Shown one piece after another: positions 47,415-59,978 of a stretch of DNA of 64,000 nucleotides. Each line of letters begins with the position of its first letter. Positions within the stretch are counted from its first letter, which is position 1. Location: assembly GCA_965202785.1 (NCBI GenBank), contig OZ241855.1:1312001-1376000 (forward strand), written 5' to 3'. The notes below the pieces were generated by a model. The model was not told the DNA's origin and did not search any database. It was given only the letters and a program-made list of their open reading frames with translations. The DNA is from Thermodesulfobacteriota bacterium (GTDB taxonomy: Bacteria > Desulfobacterota_D > UBA1144 > Nemesobacterales > Nemesobacteraceae). A program made the translations under genes and the position numbers.

Positions 47415-48836
47415 TCAAACCTCCTTTGAGAGTCTTTTTGATGAATTGGGTATGCCAAGTATTTTCCTGTATTTTGCAACCGTTCTTCTCGCGACTTTTA
47501 TGTTTTTCATGGAAAGTATCCTGGATATATCTTCGTCCGAGAATGCGCACTCTGCCGGTTCTTCATCAACTATTTCCCTGATCATTGATTTTATCTTTTC
47601 AAGCGAAACCTTTTGTCCGTTGGATGAGCGGATTCCTCTTGAGAAAAGCTTTTTAAGTTCTATCACTCCTTGGGGGCATTGTATGTATTTTCTGCTTGTT
47701 ATGCGGCTCACGGTTGATTCATGAATGCCCACTGTATCAGCCACATCCTTTAGCTTCAGGGGTTTTATGTGAGAACTGCCGTGATCGAAAAACTCCCTTT
47801 GCTCATCGACGATTTTCTCCATAACTTTGCGTATTGTAGTCTCTCGCTCTTCGATACAGCGGACGATTCTCTGGGCTACCTCGATTTTTTCCCGCAGATA
47901 GTCCGTGGTTTCTCCCGTTAGGTTCGCGCGGTCGGCGAGAATCTTTCTGCAGTAGGAACTTATCCTGAGTTTCGGAAAACTTCTGTTTGACTGCATCTGC
48001 AGGTTGTCTCCCACCTTGTACACATAAAAGTCGGGAACGATGTTTCTGGTTGCGTCCTTAGTGTAATAGGGTCGACCGGGCTTTGGCTCAAGGGAAGTTA
48101 TTACGGCTTCGATTTCCAGTATCTCTTCCCTGCTTATGTCAAGTTCAGTGCAAATCTTGTTGTAATCTTTTCTGCCGAGATCGTCGATATGGTTCTCCAC
48201 CAACCGCACAAGAACACTTTCCCTTTTATAACCGAGATCCAGAGCCTGTGCGGCGAGACACTCGGGGAGGGAGCGGGAACCGACCCCGATGGGATCAAAC
48301 GTGGTGCGTATATTCTCAGCTACCCGTATTATCTCCGCCATACGGCCACCGTCTGCCTCGGATGAGCCTTCTACGTCAAGCAGTCTTGCTATTTCCTCAA
48401 GTTCGATCTCAAGGTATCCGTCTTCATTTATGTTGCCGATTATAAGCGAAGCTATCTGCTTTTGCCGTTCGCTGAAATCGGTCATTGACAACTGCCAGTG
48501 GAGATGCTCAAACAGAGAGTCCTGATTAGGAATCTGGTTTTCCCAGGTGGTTTCCTCGCTTATTTCCGCCGAGAACTCTTCGGGTGCCGGATAGTCAGTT
48601 TCCGTCGGACCGAGATCGTTTAGAAGGGATTCTCCCGGATCTTCTTTCTCCGTTTCAGAAGATGAGTTGGGGTCTTCTTCCAAGGCAGGGTTCTCTATGA
48701 GCTGCTCCTCAAGGTATTCCCTGAGTTCAACAGTGTTCATCTGTACCAGGCTTAGAAAAAGCCTGAGATGCTGGGTGAGTATGAGCTTTTGCTTCTGTGC
48801 TACATTAGGGGTCTGCGAAAGACCGAATCCGCTCAT
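47415..48836 (-). CDS. rpoN: RNA polymerase sigma-54 factor
   Basis: IHESTVSR; RpoN box ARRTVAKYR. Confidence 0.97.
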   Translation of the reverse strand: MSGFGLSQTPNVAQKQKLILTQHLRLFLSLVQMNTVELREYLEEQLIENPALEEDPNSSSETEKEDPGESLLNDLGPTETDYPAPEEFSAEISEETTWENQIPNQDSLFEHLHWQLSMTDFSERQKQIASLIIGNINEDGYLEIELEEIARLLDVEGSSEADGGRMAEIIRVAENIRTTFDPIGVGSRSLPECLAAQALDLGYKRESVLVRLVENHIDDLGRKDYNKICTELDISREEILEIEAVITSLEPKPGRPYYTKDATRNIVPDFYVYKVGDNLQMQSNRSFPKLRISSYCRKILADRANLTGETTDYLREKIEVAQRIVRCIEERETTIRKVMEKIVDEQREFFDHGSSHIKPLKLKDVADTVGIHESTVSRITSRKYIQCPQGVIELKKLFSRGIRSSNGQKVSLEKIKSMIREIVDEEPAECAFSDEDISRILSMKNIKVARRTVAKYRKILGIPNSSKRLSKEV

Positions 48837-49098
48837 TTAAATGATTCTCTCCTTTTCCTGTTTCCCAAACCCTGTAAAACCAACCCATTTAAATTATAAC
48901 ACCATTTGAGCCGTTATTTAATTTTAAGCCTGCATAGTATCAACAGGGAAGAGTCACACCGGGAGTGATTGTTTGGAGAAGGCTGCCGCGGGGGCGCAGA
49001 AAACAGCAGGGGATTGGCCGAGGAAAACTGTTTGGCCGCGCTTACCGGTTTATATGTAGAATCCAGATCCAGAGTCCGCTGCGTGACGGCGGATCGTG

Positions 49099-50826
49099 TT
49101 ACTCCCGGTACCACTCGTGGATATTCCACAGTTCGGAGTCCCATCCGTTTACTCGTACTCCCTTTAGGTTGCTACTGAAAGCCGAGACGAAGGCGCGGTG
49201 AACCAAGGGAATAACTACATGGTTCTGAATCAACATGTCATTCATTCGGATGACCAGGTTTTCGCGGTCCGGGCCGATAGGGGTTTGCTTCAGTTCCTCG
49301 TAGAGATCGTCATATTCTTGGTTGGACCAGCGGGATACATTACCGCCCAACCAGTCGTTTTCGGAACCGGGAATCTCCGTGGTTAGCCAGCTTGACAGAT
49401 AGTTCCGCGGATCAATGGAGGATGTTCCGTTGGCATACATTTCAATGTCGGCATAAAATCTCCAGAGGTTGTCGGGATTATCCGGATTGCTGCTGAAGAA
49501 AACACCTGCGTTAATGCTCTTCAACTCGGTTTCCACCCCTATATCCCTCCACCATCCCTGAATCAGTTCCTGGGTACCTTGGCGAACCGGGTTGGTAGAG
49601 GTCTGGTATAGAATTTTCAGACGGACTCCATCTTTTTCCCGGATGCCATCGTTGCCTGGTATCCATCCGGCCTGATCAAGCAGGGTTCTTGCTTCCTCGA
49701 TATCCTGGGTCAGGCAGTCTTCGTTATTTGGTGAAGCGTATTGGGTAGGCGCCGGAATAACATTGCAGGTTATCCTGCCTGCGGCGCCGTAAAGCTGTTC
49801 GACGATATGTCCACGATCAATTGCTAAAGACAAAGCCCTGCGCACTGCCGGGTCGGTCAGGAAGGGGTGAGGGTTGTTGCCGTCTGACCACTCGGAGCGC
49901 CGGTCTCCCAGAGCTGGATCGGTATTAGTGAAGTTGACTACCAAATGCTCAATAAGGGATGCGAAGGCTGGCCGAACTGTCCCCTTGCCGATTTCCTGCA
50001 AAGATTCCAGAGTCTGAGGGTCTATTTGCAGGTTCCAGCCATAGTCGGCTTCCCCCTTCTCCAAAACTGCCCGCGCGGCGGTGACGGCGTCCCCTCCGCC
50101 TTTTATTATCACTTTGGAGAACAGTCTTTCGGTTGCGCGGAAATGTTCGTTGGTTTCATAGGTAAGAACAGAGGTAGTTTCGGCATCCGATTCACTGATT
50201 GTGAAATCGGTGATTTTATAAGGCCCTGTGCCAACGGGGTGTAGGTTTTCCATATGGCACCCCTGAGCTGCCTCGCCGACGCAGTTTGCAAACTGCGCTT
50301 TTTGCAGAATAGGGGAAGAGGCCCCGACAAAGAGAATATATGGATAGACTTCGGGAGTGGTGAAGGTAATTCTGACACTTAGTGGGGAATCCTCGACGGG
50401 GTCCACATTCCCTATGGGTACGGAACCACACACATCTTCCGTTCCCGGCAGAGAACACAAGTATCTATGGGTAAATATAATATCTTCGACCGTTAGAGGA
50501 GTGCCATCAGACCAAAGGATTCCTTCCTTGAGCTTCCAGGTAATCGTGGTCATATCTTCTGATATGCCGCCATTGTCCGCGGTCGGAATTTCCTCGGCTA
50601 GTCGAGGCACCAGCCTTCCTTCCTCATCATAGTTAGCCAAGGGCTCTAGGATCAAAGCGCTGGCATCAACATCCTTAGTCCCGCCGGCGATATAAGGATT
50701 GGCTATAGTAGGAGCCTGCCAGTAAAGTATGGTCAGGGTTTCATCATCATCGTCATCTCCACAGGAAATTATGAAGAGTCCCGCAACTATCATGGCCAAG
50801 ACTAGAAACGTTTTTTTGTATTTCAT
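49099..50826 (-). CDS. Peptide/nickel ABC transporter substrate-binding lipoprotein (family 5), orphan
   Basis: Lipobox IISC; PRLAE; WSDGTPLT; PVGTGPY; VRRALSLAIDR. Confidence 0.9.
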   Translation of the reverse strand: MKYKKTFLVLAMIVAGLFIISCGDDDDDETLTILYWQAPTIANPYIAGGTKDVDASALILEPLANYDEEGRLVPRLAEEIPTADNGGISEDMTTITWKLKEGILWSDGTPLTVEDIIFTHRYLCSLPGTEDVCGSVPIGNVDPVEDSPLSVRITFTTPEVYPYILFVGASSPILQKAQFANCVGEAAQGCHMENLHPVGTGPYKITDFTISESDAETTSVLTYETNEHFRATERLFSKVIIKGGGDAVTAARAVLEKGEADYGWNLQIDPQTLESLQEIGKGTVRPAFASLIEHLVVNFTNTDPALGDRRSEWSDGNNPHPFLTDPAVRRALSLAIDRGHIVEQLYGAAGRITCNVIPAPTQYASPNNEDCLTQDIEEARTLLDQAGWIPGNDGIREKDGVRLKILYQTSTNPVRQGTQELIQGWWRDIGVETELKSINAGVFFSSNPDNPDNLWRFYADIEMYANGTSSIDPRNYLSSWLTTEIPGSENDWLGGNVSRWSNQEYDDLYEELKQTPIGPDRENLVIRMNDMLIQNHVVIPLVHRAFVSAFSSNLKGVRVNGWDSELWNIHEWYRE

Positions 50827-51001
50827 CTGAATCTCTCCTGAGAGGTTATTAGTACTACTTAAGGTTTTAGAATTTCCCTATTATTACCAAGAAACATTTG
50901 GAACGCAATCGTTATCGGGGATCATCAATTGAGAGTGCTCGGAAAAGCCCTGAGACTGCGGAGAATTTCTCAATTGTTTTTATGCGGTTATCTTTTTTTG
51001 T

Positions 51002-51223
51002 GTGAACGTAAGCGAAGCCGGAAGAATCATAATCATTCTCGGTGCGGTGCTAATAGCGCTCGGAGTCATGCTGCCTTATGTGGCGAAACTTGATTTCTTC
51101 GGGAAACTTCCTGGGGATATCAAAATCGAAAAAGAGAACTTCAGTTTCTATTTTCCGATCGCAACCTGCATAGTGCTGAGCATCCTGCTCACGCTTCTGG
51201 GCAATCTTTTCTTCAGAAAATAA
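51002..51223 (+). CDS. DUF2905-family small membrane protein
   Basis: GKLPGDIKIE...FYFPIATCIVLS. Confidence 0.88.
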   Translation: MNVSEAGRIIIILGAVLIALGVMLPYVAKLDFFGKLPGDIKIEKENFSFYFPIATCIVLSILLTLLGNLFFRK

Positions 51224-51246
51224 AAACGGGGGAGGTTGGACGGGGA

Positions 51247-51873
51247 TTAAAGGCTTCTCCGCTCGTCAGGAAGAACCCACTCTCTTTCGTTCACGAAAAG
51301 TTTTTCATATTTTTCTATGCTGTTTTCTAACTCAAGGGTCTGCGATATGTCATCAAGCCCTTCAAGAAGCACTTTTCTTTTGAAATCGTCTATCTCAAAT
51401 GAAAAACTTATCCCTTTCCCCGTTACGGATTTTTCAACCAAGTCAACCTCAAGGGAATAACCTTCATTTTCCCATACAATGTGGAATAACTCATCTGTTC
51501 TGTCCTTGGAAAGGACTATGGGAAGTATCGAGTTCTTAAAACAGTTGTTGTAGAAAATATCTGCGAAGGAAGGAGCCAGAATTACCCTGAACCCCGCTTC
51601 CCTTATCGCCCAGGGAGCGTGTTCCCTAGAGCTTCCGCTTCCAAAATTCTCCCGGGTCAGAAGTATGCATGCGTCCGCGTATCTCGTCTGGTTGAGCTCG
51701 AAATCCTCGTTTAATGTTCCGTCGTCGTTATATTTCCAGTCGAAAAACAGAAATTCTCCGAATCCCGTTCTCTCGATGCGTTTTAGGAACTGCTTTGGGA
51801 TTACCTGGTCGGTGTCGACGTTCATTCTGTCAAGAGCCGCTACTTTTCCCGATACTTTTTGAAGTTTCTCCAT
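51247..51873 (-). CDS. leuD: 3-isopropylmalate dehydratase small subunit
   Basis: NVDTDQVIPKQFL; NFGSGSSREHAPW; SFADIF. Confidence 0.97.
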   Translation of the reverse strand: MEKLQKVSGKVAALDRMNVDTDQVIPKQFLKRIERTGFGEFLFFDWKYNDDGTLNEDFELNQTRYADACILLTRENFGSGSSREHAPWAIREAGFRVILAPSFADIFYNNCFKNSILPIVLSKDRTDELFHIVWENEGYSLEVDLVEKSVTGKGISFSFEIDDFKRKVLLEGLDDISQTLELENSIEKYEKLFVNEREWVLPDERRSL

Positions 51874-51876
51874 GTT

Positions 51877-53301
51877 TCAGATCCCCTTTTCCATTTCCCA
51901 GCCCCGCACGTCCACAAAATGTCCCGTGATTGCCGCTGCGGCCGCCATTATGGGGCTTACCAGATGGGTTCTTCCCCCTTTACCCTGGCGACCCTCGAAA
52001 TTTCTATTGGACGTGCTGGCACATCTTTCCCCGGGCGCCAGTATGTCCGGGTTCATTCCAAGACACATGCTGCATCCCGACTCGCGCCACTCAAATCCGG
52101 CCTCGGTAAATATCTTGTGAAGTTCCATTTCCTCTGCTTTTTTCTTTACGAGTTGGGAGCCTGGAACCACCATTGCGTTTACTCCATCGGCTACTTTCCT
52201 GCCTTTTACAAGCTTCGCAACCGCCAGCAGATCTTCCATTCTGGAATTCGTGCAGGAACCTATAAACACCCTGTCAACGTGTATGTCCGTTATCGGGGTG
52301 TTTGCCTTGAGGTCCATGTATTCAAGAGCCTGTTCCATTGATTTTTTCTTGCTTGGATCTTCGCACTCCCTGGGGTCGGGCACTTTTGAAGTTACGTCCG
52401 TTACCATTCCCGGGTTGGTTCCCCAGCTTACCTGCGGAGCTATCTTGCGGGCGTCAAGAGTGACTGATTTGTCGAAAACGGCGTCTGGGTCCGTGCGGAG
52501 AGTCTGCCAGTGTTCGAGGGCTTTTTCGTAATTGCTGTTTTTCGGTGCGTACCGGCGGCCCTTCACGTACTCGAAGGTCTTTTGATCGGGCGCTATCATT
52601 CCGGCCCTGGCCCCTCCCTCTATCGACATGTTGCACACCGTCATCCTTTCTTCCATGGAAAGAGCCTCTATCGCTTCTCCTCGGTATTCGACCACGGTCC
52701 CGGTGGCCCCTGCGGTTCCTATATGTCCGATTATGCCCAGAATTATATCTTTTGCCGTGACCCCGTACTGGCGTTCGCCCTCGACCCTTATTTCAAACAC
52801 CTTCGGACGGTTCTGTCTTAGGCACTGCGTCGCCAGAACATGCTCCACTTCGCTTGTTCCTATGCCGAAGGCGAGTGCTCCGAATGCTCCGTGGGTGGAA
52901 GTGTGACTGTCTCCGCACACTATGGTCATCCCGGGTTTTGTAAGGCCGAGTTCGGGACCTATAACGTGCACAATGCCCTGAGAGTGGTTGTTTATTCTTA
53001 TTCCGAAGAGCGTTACTCCGAAATCTTTGCAGTTCTGTCGCAGGGCTTCTATCTGTTTTGCGGATATGGGATCCGAAATTGGTCCGCTGCGGTCAGTGGT
53101 CGGCACGTTATGATCCATAGTGGCAAAAGTAAGATCGGGCCTTCTTACTTCTCGTCCCGTAATTCTCAGCCCTTCAAACGCCTGTGGAGAGGTAACTTCG
53201 TGAACGAGGTGAAGATCTATGTAGAGAAGGGACGGCTTGCCTTCTTCTTCGTGCACGAGGTGCGATTCCCAGATTTTATCAAAAAGAGTTTTTCCCGCCA
53301 T
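51877..53301 (-). CDS. leuC: 3-isopropylmalate dehydratase large subunit
   Basis: HEVTSPQAF; DSHT; GSCTNSR; CSMCLGMN; [12 protein letters not shown]. Start at MAGKTLFDK. Confidence 0.97.
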   Translation of the reverse strand: MAGKTLFDKIWESHLVHEEEGKPSLLYIDLHLVHEVTSPQAFEGLRITGREVRRPDLTFATMDHNVPTTDRSGPISDPISAKQIEALRQNCKDFGVTLFGIRINNHSQGIVHVIGPELGLTKPGMTIVCGDSHTSTHGAFGALAFGIGTSEVEHVLATQCLRQNRPKVFEIRVEGERQYGVTAKDIILGIIGHIGTAGATGTVVEYRGEAIEALSMEERMTVCNMSIEGGARAGMIAPDQKTFEYVKGRRYAPKNSNYEKALEHWQTLRTDPDAVFDKSVTLDARKIAPQVSWGTNPGMVTDVTSKVPDPRECEDPSKKKSMEQALEYMDLKANTPITDIHVDRVFIGSCTNSRMEDLLAVAKLVKGRKVADGVNAMVVPGSQLVKKKAEEMELHKIFTEAGFEWRESGCSMCLGMNPDILAPGERCASTSNRNFEGRQGKGGRTHLVSPIMAAAAAITGHFVDVRGWEMEKGI

Positions 53302-53303
53302 CG

Positions 53304-54803
<1,500 letters not shown>

Positions 54804-54881
54804 TCAGCTTGGGGCCTGCAAGGTTTCAATTCATCATGATTCGACAGTTCCGCCGCCCTTTATTGAGTTGTTGCTCAAAGA

Positions 54882-54984
54882 TGTAATGTATCTTACAATA
54901 GGTAGAGAAAATTTTTTTCGGCAATTGTGTAATCCGGCATTATTTTAGGATTAGTCTCAACACGAACACTGGAAAGCATTATGC
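54882..54984 (+). promoter_or_regulatory. Putative sigma54 promoter with upstream palindromic activator site for amt
   Basis: TGTAA-TGTATC-TTACA at 54882-54897; TGGAAAGCATTATGC (GG-N10-GC) at 54970-54984. Confidence 0.45.
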
Positions 54985-55034
54985 TCTCTCGTTGCGTGGC
55001 CGCTGTCCATCGTAGAAGGAGGTAAAAAGCAGCT

Positions 55035-56429
55035 ATGATCACCCATTACTTTCGGTTATTTAGAGACTCTCGGAGTTCTGCCGCCTGGGTTGTGACCAGA
55101 TTCGGCATTGTTGCGATACTAATGGCTTGTGTCTTGTCGCCCGCGTCCGCATGGGCCGCCATCGAAGGTGAGGCGCAGTTCGTCTTCAACACGTTTGGGT
55201 TCCTTGTGTGGGGTGCCCTCGTGATGTGGATGGCAGCGGGCTTCACAATGCTCGAGGCGGGTTCGGTACGAACGAAGAACGCCTCGGTCATTTGCTTGAA
55301 GAACATTGGTCTCTACTCCATTGCCGGACTGGCATACTACCTGATCGGTTTCAACATCATGTATGTCGGCGTCGAGCCGGGCGGCTGGTTTGGTTCGCTC
55401 GAACTCCTGTACGGCACGACTGCCGATGAAGTGGCGCTGCTGGGCGGCGAGGAGACAGCTACCGCGGCAGTTGTCGAGAGTGGCTACTCGGCGATGTCGT
55501 ACTGGTTTTTCCAAATGGTGTTCGTGGCGACCACGGCTTCGATTGTCTCGGGTGCTTTGGCCGAGCGCGTGAGGTTGTGGTCTTTCTTCGTTTTCATCGC
55601 CGTGTTGACCTCGGTCATCTACCCGGTCGTTGGCGCTTGGACCTGGGGTGGGGGCTGGTTGGCTGAATTGGGGTTCAAGGACTTCGCCGGTTCCACTGTG
55701 GTCCACTCCACGGGAGGTTGGGCGGCACTTGCGGGAGCTATCATGGTTGGGCCGCGCTCGGGCAAGTTCCGGGCTGATGGCAGTGTCAAGTCGACTCCTC
55801 CATCCAATGTTCCGGTCGTCACTCTAGGAGTCTTTATCCTGTGGATGGGCTGGTTCGGCTTCAACGGCGGTTCGCAGCTTGCCCTAAGCGGCGCACTTGA
55901 TGCCGTGGCGGTGGGCAATATCTTCTCAAACACCAACCTGGCCGCGGCGGCTGGGGTCTTGGCGGCCCTGACTCTATCCCGCCCCGTACTGGGCCGTGTC
56001 GATCTGTTTGCCGGACTTAATGGCGCTCTGGCCGGTCTCGTCGCGATCACAGCGGCCCCGGATATCGTCCAGCATCTCTGGGCGGTAGTGATCGGAGCGA
56101 TCGGGGGCATGGTTTGCCTGTTGTCCATGAAGGGTTTTGAAATGATAAAGGTCGACGACGTCGTGGGTGCTGTCCCGGTTCATCTATGCACTGGCATCTG
56201 GGGGACGTTGGCGGTCTGCATCGCCGCCGGTGGAAGCCTTTTTGCTCAGATCATAGGCATTCTGGCCATAGGCGCGTTTGTGTTTGGGCTTTCGATGCTG
56301 TTGTGGTTCCTCATCGACCGGACCTTGGGGTTGCGGGTCTCAAAGGATGTCGAGGCCATCGGCCAGGATGTGGGCGAACTGGGCATTGAAGCCTATCCAG
56401 AGTTCGTGATGATGCCGGAAGAGGACTGA
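55035..56429 (+). CDS. amt: Ammonium transporter, copy 1
   Basis: FFQMVF; SGALAER; DFAGSTVVH; WFGFNGGS; DDVVGAVPVH. Confidence 0.96.
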   Translation: MITHYFRLFRDSRSSAAWVVTRFGIVAILMACVLSPASAWAAIEGEAQFVFNTFGFLVWGALVMWMAAGFTMLEAGSVRTKNASVICLKNIGLYSIAGLAYYLIGFNIMYVGVEPGGWFGSLELLYGTTADEVALLGGEETATAAVVESGYSAMSYWFFQMVFVATTASIVSGALAERVRLWSFFVFIAVLTSVIYPVVGAWTWGGGWLAELGFKDFAGSTVVHSTGGWAALAGAIMVGPRSGKFRADGSVKSTPPSNVPVVTLGVFILWMGWFGFNGGSQLALSGALDAVAVGNIFSNTNLAAAAGVLAALTLSRPVLGRVDLFAGLNGALAGLVAITAAPDIVQHLWAVVIGAIGGMVCLLSMKGFEMIKVDDVVGAVPVHLCTGIWGTLAVCIAAGGSLFAQIIGILAIGAFVFGLSMLLWFLIDRTLGLRVSKDVEAIGQDVGELGIEAYPEFVMMPEED

Positions 56430-56646
56430 ATAGAGAAGAGCTCTAGGGCAATCCTCCAGTCTGGACCGCGGCCGTCCGTTCAGAGACAGGCTACAACCCG
56501 GTTGCGTCCTCAAGCAGGATTTTCCAAGCTGCGGCTTTGCGAATGCAGCACGGGCTGTATACTTAGAACCCATTTTTGCAGCCTGATCAGGCCGGGGTTT
56601 CCTCAATCGCGAGCCATGTCAGTCAAAAGGAGAATAAAAAGCAGCT

Positions 56647-58041
56647 ATGACCATCCATGATTTCCGGTTGTTTAAGGGCTGTCGGAGTTCTGCCGCCTGG
56701 GTTGTGACTAGATTCGGCATTGTCGCGATACTAATGGCTTGTGTCTTGTCGCCTGTGCCTGCATGGGCAGCCATCGAAGGTGAGGCGCAGTTCGTCTTCA
56801 ACACATTTGGGTTCCTTGTGTGGGGCGCCCTCGTGATGTGGATGGGAGCAGGCTTCACAATGATCGAAGTGGGTTCGGTACGGACGAAGAACGCTTCGGT
56901 CATCTGCCTGAAGAACATTGGTCTTTACTCCATTGCCGGACTGATGTACTACCTGATCGGCTTTAACATCATGCATGTTGGCGTTGAGCCGGGCGGCTGG
57001 TTTGGTTCGCTGGAACTCCTGTACGGCACGACTGCCGATGAAGTGGTACTGCTGGGCGGCAAGGAAACAGCCACCGCTGCTGTCGTCAAGAGCGGCCACT
57101 CGGCGATGTCGTACTGGTTTTTCCAAATGGTATTCGTGGCGACCACGGCCTCAATTGTCTCCGACGCTTTGGCCGAGCGCGTGAAGTTGTTGTCTTTTTT
57201 CGTTTTTATCGCCGTGTTGACTTCGGTCGTCTACCCAGTCGTTGGCGCCTGGGCTTGGGGTGGGGGCTGGCTGGCTGAATTGGGGTTCAAGGACTTCGCC
57301 GGTTCCACCGTGGTCCACTCCACGGGAGGCTGGGCGGCACTCGCGGGGGCTATCATGGTTGGGCCGCGCTCGGGCAAGTTCCGGGCTGATGGCAGTGTCA
57401 AGCCGACCCCTCCATCCAATGTTCCGGTCGTCACTCTCGGCGTCTTTATCCTGTGGATGGGCTGGTTCGGCTTCAACGGCGGTTCGCATCTGGCCCTCAG
57501 CGGCGCATTCGATGCCGTGGCGGTGAGCAATATCTTCTCAAACATTAACCTGGCCGCGGCGGCTGGGGTTATGGCAGCTCTGAGCCTCTCCCGTCTCGTA
57601 CTGGGCCGTGTCGACCTGCTCGCCGGACTTAACGGCGCCCTGGCTGGTCTCGTCGCGATCACAGCGGCGCCGTATATTGTCCAGCATCACTGGGCAATAG
57701 TGATCGGAGCGATTGCGGGCATGATTTGCCTGTTGTCCATGAAGTCTTTGGAAATGATAAAGATCGACGATGTCGTGGGTGCTGTCCCGGTTCATCTCTG
57801 CACTGGCATCTGGGGGACATTGGCGGTCTGCATTGCCGCCGGTGGAAGCTTTTTTGCTCAGATCATCGGCATTCTGGCCATAGGCGCGTTTGTGTTCGGG
57901 TCATCAATGCTGTTGTGGCTTGTCATCGACCGGACCTTGGGGTTGCGGGTCTCAAGGGATGTCGAGGCCATCGGCCAGGATGTGGGCAATCTGGGCATCG
58001 AAGCCTATCCAGAGTTTGTGACGATGCCGGAAGAGGACTGA
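56647..58041 (+). CDS. amt: Ammonium transporter, copy 2 (tandem paralog with altered conserved residues)
   Basis: Same length as copy 1; twin His retained; SDALAER replaces SGALAER. Confidence 0.93.
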   Translation: MTIHDFRLFKGCRSSAAWVVTRFGIVAILMACVLSPVPAWAAIEGEAQFVFNTFGFLVWGALVMWMGAGFTMIEVGSVRTKNASVICLKNIGLYSIAGLMYYLIGFNIMHVGVEPGGWFGSLELLYGTTADEVVLLGGKETATAAVVKSGHSAMSYWFFQMVFVATTASIVSDALAERVKLLSFFVFIAVLTSVVYPVVGAWAWGGGWLAELGFKDFAGSTVVHSTGGWAALAGAIMVGPRSGKFRADGSVKPTPPSNVPVVTLGVFILWMGWFGFNGGSHLALSGAFDAVAVSNIFSNINLAAAAGVMAALSLSRLVLGRVDLLAGLNGALAGLVAITAAPYIVQHHWAIVIGAIAGMICLLSMKSLEMIKIDDVVGAVPVHLCTGIWGTLAVCIAAGGSFFAQIIGILAIGAFVFGSSMLLWLVIDRTLGLRVSRDVEAIGQDVGNLGIEAYPEFVTMPEED

Positions 58042-58146
58042 TTAGAGCGCTAGGGTAATCATCCAGTCCGGACCGCAGGCGTCCAGTTGCGTTCTCAATC
58101 GGGATGCCCCAGGCTTTGGAGTCACGACTTGCTATGGGCGACAGAG

Positions 58147-58842
58147 CTAAATCGGGCCGCTCGGTCTGTCCTTGATGATCTCCCCGTCCTTCAGGTTTAT
58201 TACTCTCTTTGAGCGAGAAGCTATGTCTTCTTCGTGCGTTATCATTACTATCGTTTTTCCCTGTTCGTTCAGTTCTTTGAATATCTTCATTATTTCGTAA
58301 CTCGTTGCCGTATCCAGGTTTCCGGTTGGTTCATCTGCCAGTATCATCCTCGGGTTGTTTACAACCGCCCTGGCTATTGCCACCCTCTGCTGCTGTCCCC
58401 CCGAGAGCTGGTTGGGAAGATGATCCGCTCTGTCTGCGAGTCCCACGAGAGAAAGTGCGGCTGAGGCAAGCTTCTTTCTCTGGGCTCCCGGGATGCCTGA
58501 GTAGACCAGAGGCAGTTCCACGTTTTCAAGCGCAGTGGTTCGCGCCAGCAGGTTAAAGCTCTGGAAGACAAAGCCAATCTTCGTGCTCCGTATTTCCGCC
58601 TTCTCATCGCTTTCGAGTTCCATTATATCGGTACCGTCAAGCATGTAGTCTCCACTGCTCTGCGTGTCGAGACAGCCGAGAATGTTCATAAGGGTGCTTT
58701 TGCCGGACCCCGAAGATCCCATAATGGCGACGAATTCTCCTTGTGCAACCTCAAGGTTTATGGATCGAAGCGCCTCAACCTCGACTTTTCCGTTCGAGTA
58801 GGTTTTACCGATGTTCTTAAGCTTGATTACGGGTGGTGTCAT
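58147..58842 (-). CDS. ABC transporter ATP-binding protein (MacB/LolD-like)
   Basis: GSSGSGKST; [14 protein letters not shown]; ADEPTGNLD. Confidence 0.95.
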   Translation of the reverse strand: MTPPVIKLKNIGKTYSNGKVEVEALRSINLEVAQGEFVAIMGSSGSGKSTLMNILGCLDTQSSGDYMLDGTDIMELESDEKAEIRSTKIGFVFQSFNLLARTTALENVELPLVYSGIPGAQRKKLASAALSLVGLADRADHLPNQLSGGQQQRVAIARAVVNNPRMILADEPTGNLDTATSYEIMKIFKELNEQGKTIVMITHEEDIASRSKRVINLKDGEIIKDRPSGPI

Positions 58843-59978
58843 CAGAATCTTTTCGGCTGGGGAAGGGCGAAGCCCGGTCCTTTGTTGTTTCCGCCGGAAA
58901 TTGTGTACTCAACCACTATTTCGTCTCCTTCGGAAAGCGGACCGCTTAGAATCTCTGTGTGGAAGTCGTCGCTTATCCCGGTTTCTATACCTACGGGGGA
59001 GAGCTTTCCTTGTCTAAGGATCCAGACGTTTTCGCCCGCCTCGGTGGTGGGGGCAGAAGATCTTGGAGGAATGAAACGAAGCGCTGCGGTAGGAACTTTA
59101 AGCACGTCTTTTTTTGTTGATATGACTATTTTGACTTCGGCGGTCATCCCAGGTTTAAGCTCGAGTTCCGGGTTCTCCACAAGGCACGTTACGTCGTAGG
59201 TAACGACGTCGTTTTTTATGCTCGGAGAGTTTGCCACCTGTTTCACCTTCGCGCTGAAATTCTTCCCGGGGAAGGCGTCAACCCTGAAAAGGGCGTCCTG
59301 CCCCTTCTTTATCTTTCCTATGTCGGCTTCGCTTACATTTGAAACCAGGTGAAGAATTCGGGGGTTTTCAGCAAGTACGTAAAGGGGGGCGGATTTGTTC
59401 GGATGTATCTGCTCGCCGATTATGATGTTCTTTTCAAGCACCATCCCATCGAGCATGGAAGTGATTCGGGTCGCGTCAAGTTTTCTCTGTGCCGTTTCCA
59501 GGTCGGCCTGGGCTTTCTCGCGTGCAGCGATTGCCGCGCTGTGTTCTGAGAGAGATAAGTTGAACTCCTCCCGGGAAATAAGCTCTTTTTCGTAGAGCCT
59601 CTTGTTTGCCCCGTGCGAGTTGGTTGAAATCTCAAGGTCGGTTGTGGTCTTCTTAAGTATCTCCTTGAAGTATTGGACGTCTCCTGAGAGGCCCTCCGGC
59701 TCTTCCATAAGGGCCAGCACCTGGCCCTTTTTGACCTCGTCGTTCACTTCGGAGCGGACTTCCTTTATCGTTCCGTTTATTTGTGAATATATTTTTGCTT
59801 CCTTAGTCGGTTTCAAGGTTCCCGAGGCTCTTACAAGGGAAGTTATGTCTCCTCTCTCGATTTTCTGCGTTACGTACCTTATCTCGCCTTCCTTTCCTCC
59901 GAAAAAGATGAAGTATCCTGCGATAACGACTACGGCGGCGAGGGCGTAGAGAAGATTTGAGCGGGGGAAATTTTTCAT
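58842..59978 (-). CDS. Efflux periplasmic adaptor (MacA-like)
   Basis: N-terminal TM; VKKGQVLA; VSEADIG; LKPGMTA. Confidence 0.92.
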   Translation of the reverse strand: MKNFPRSNLLYALAAVVVIAGYFIFFGGKEGEIRYVTQKIERGDITSLVRASGTLKPTKEAKIYSQINGTIKEVRSEVNDEVKKGQVLALMEEPEGLSGDVQYFKEILKKTTTDLEISTNSHGANKRLYEKELISREEFNLSLSEHSAAIAAREKAQADLETAQRKLDATRITSMLDGMVLEKNIIIGEQIHPNKSAPLYVLAENPRILHLVSNVSEADIGKIKKGQDALFRVDAFPGKNFSAKVKQVANSPSIKNDVVTYDVTCLVENPELELKPGMTAEVKIVISTKKDVLKVPTAALRFIPPRSSAPTTEAGENVWILRQGKLSPVGIETGISDDFHTEILSGPLSEGDEIVVEYTISGGNNKGPGFALPQPKRF

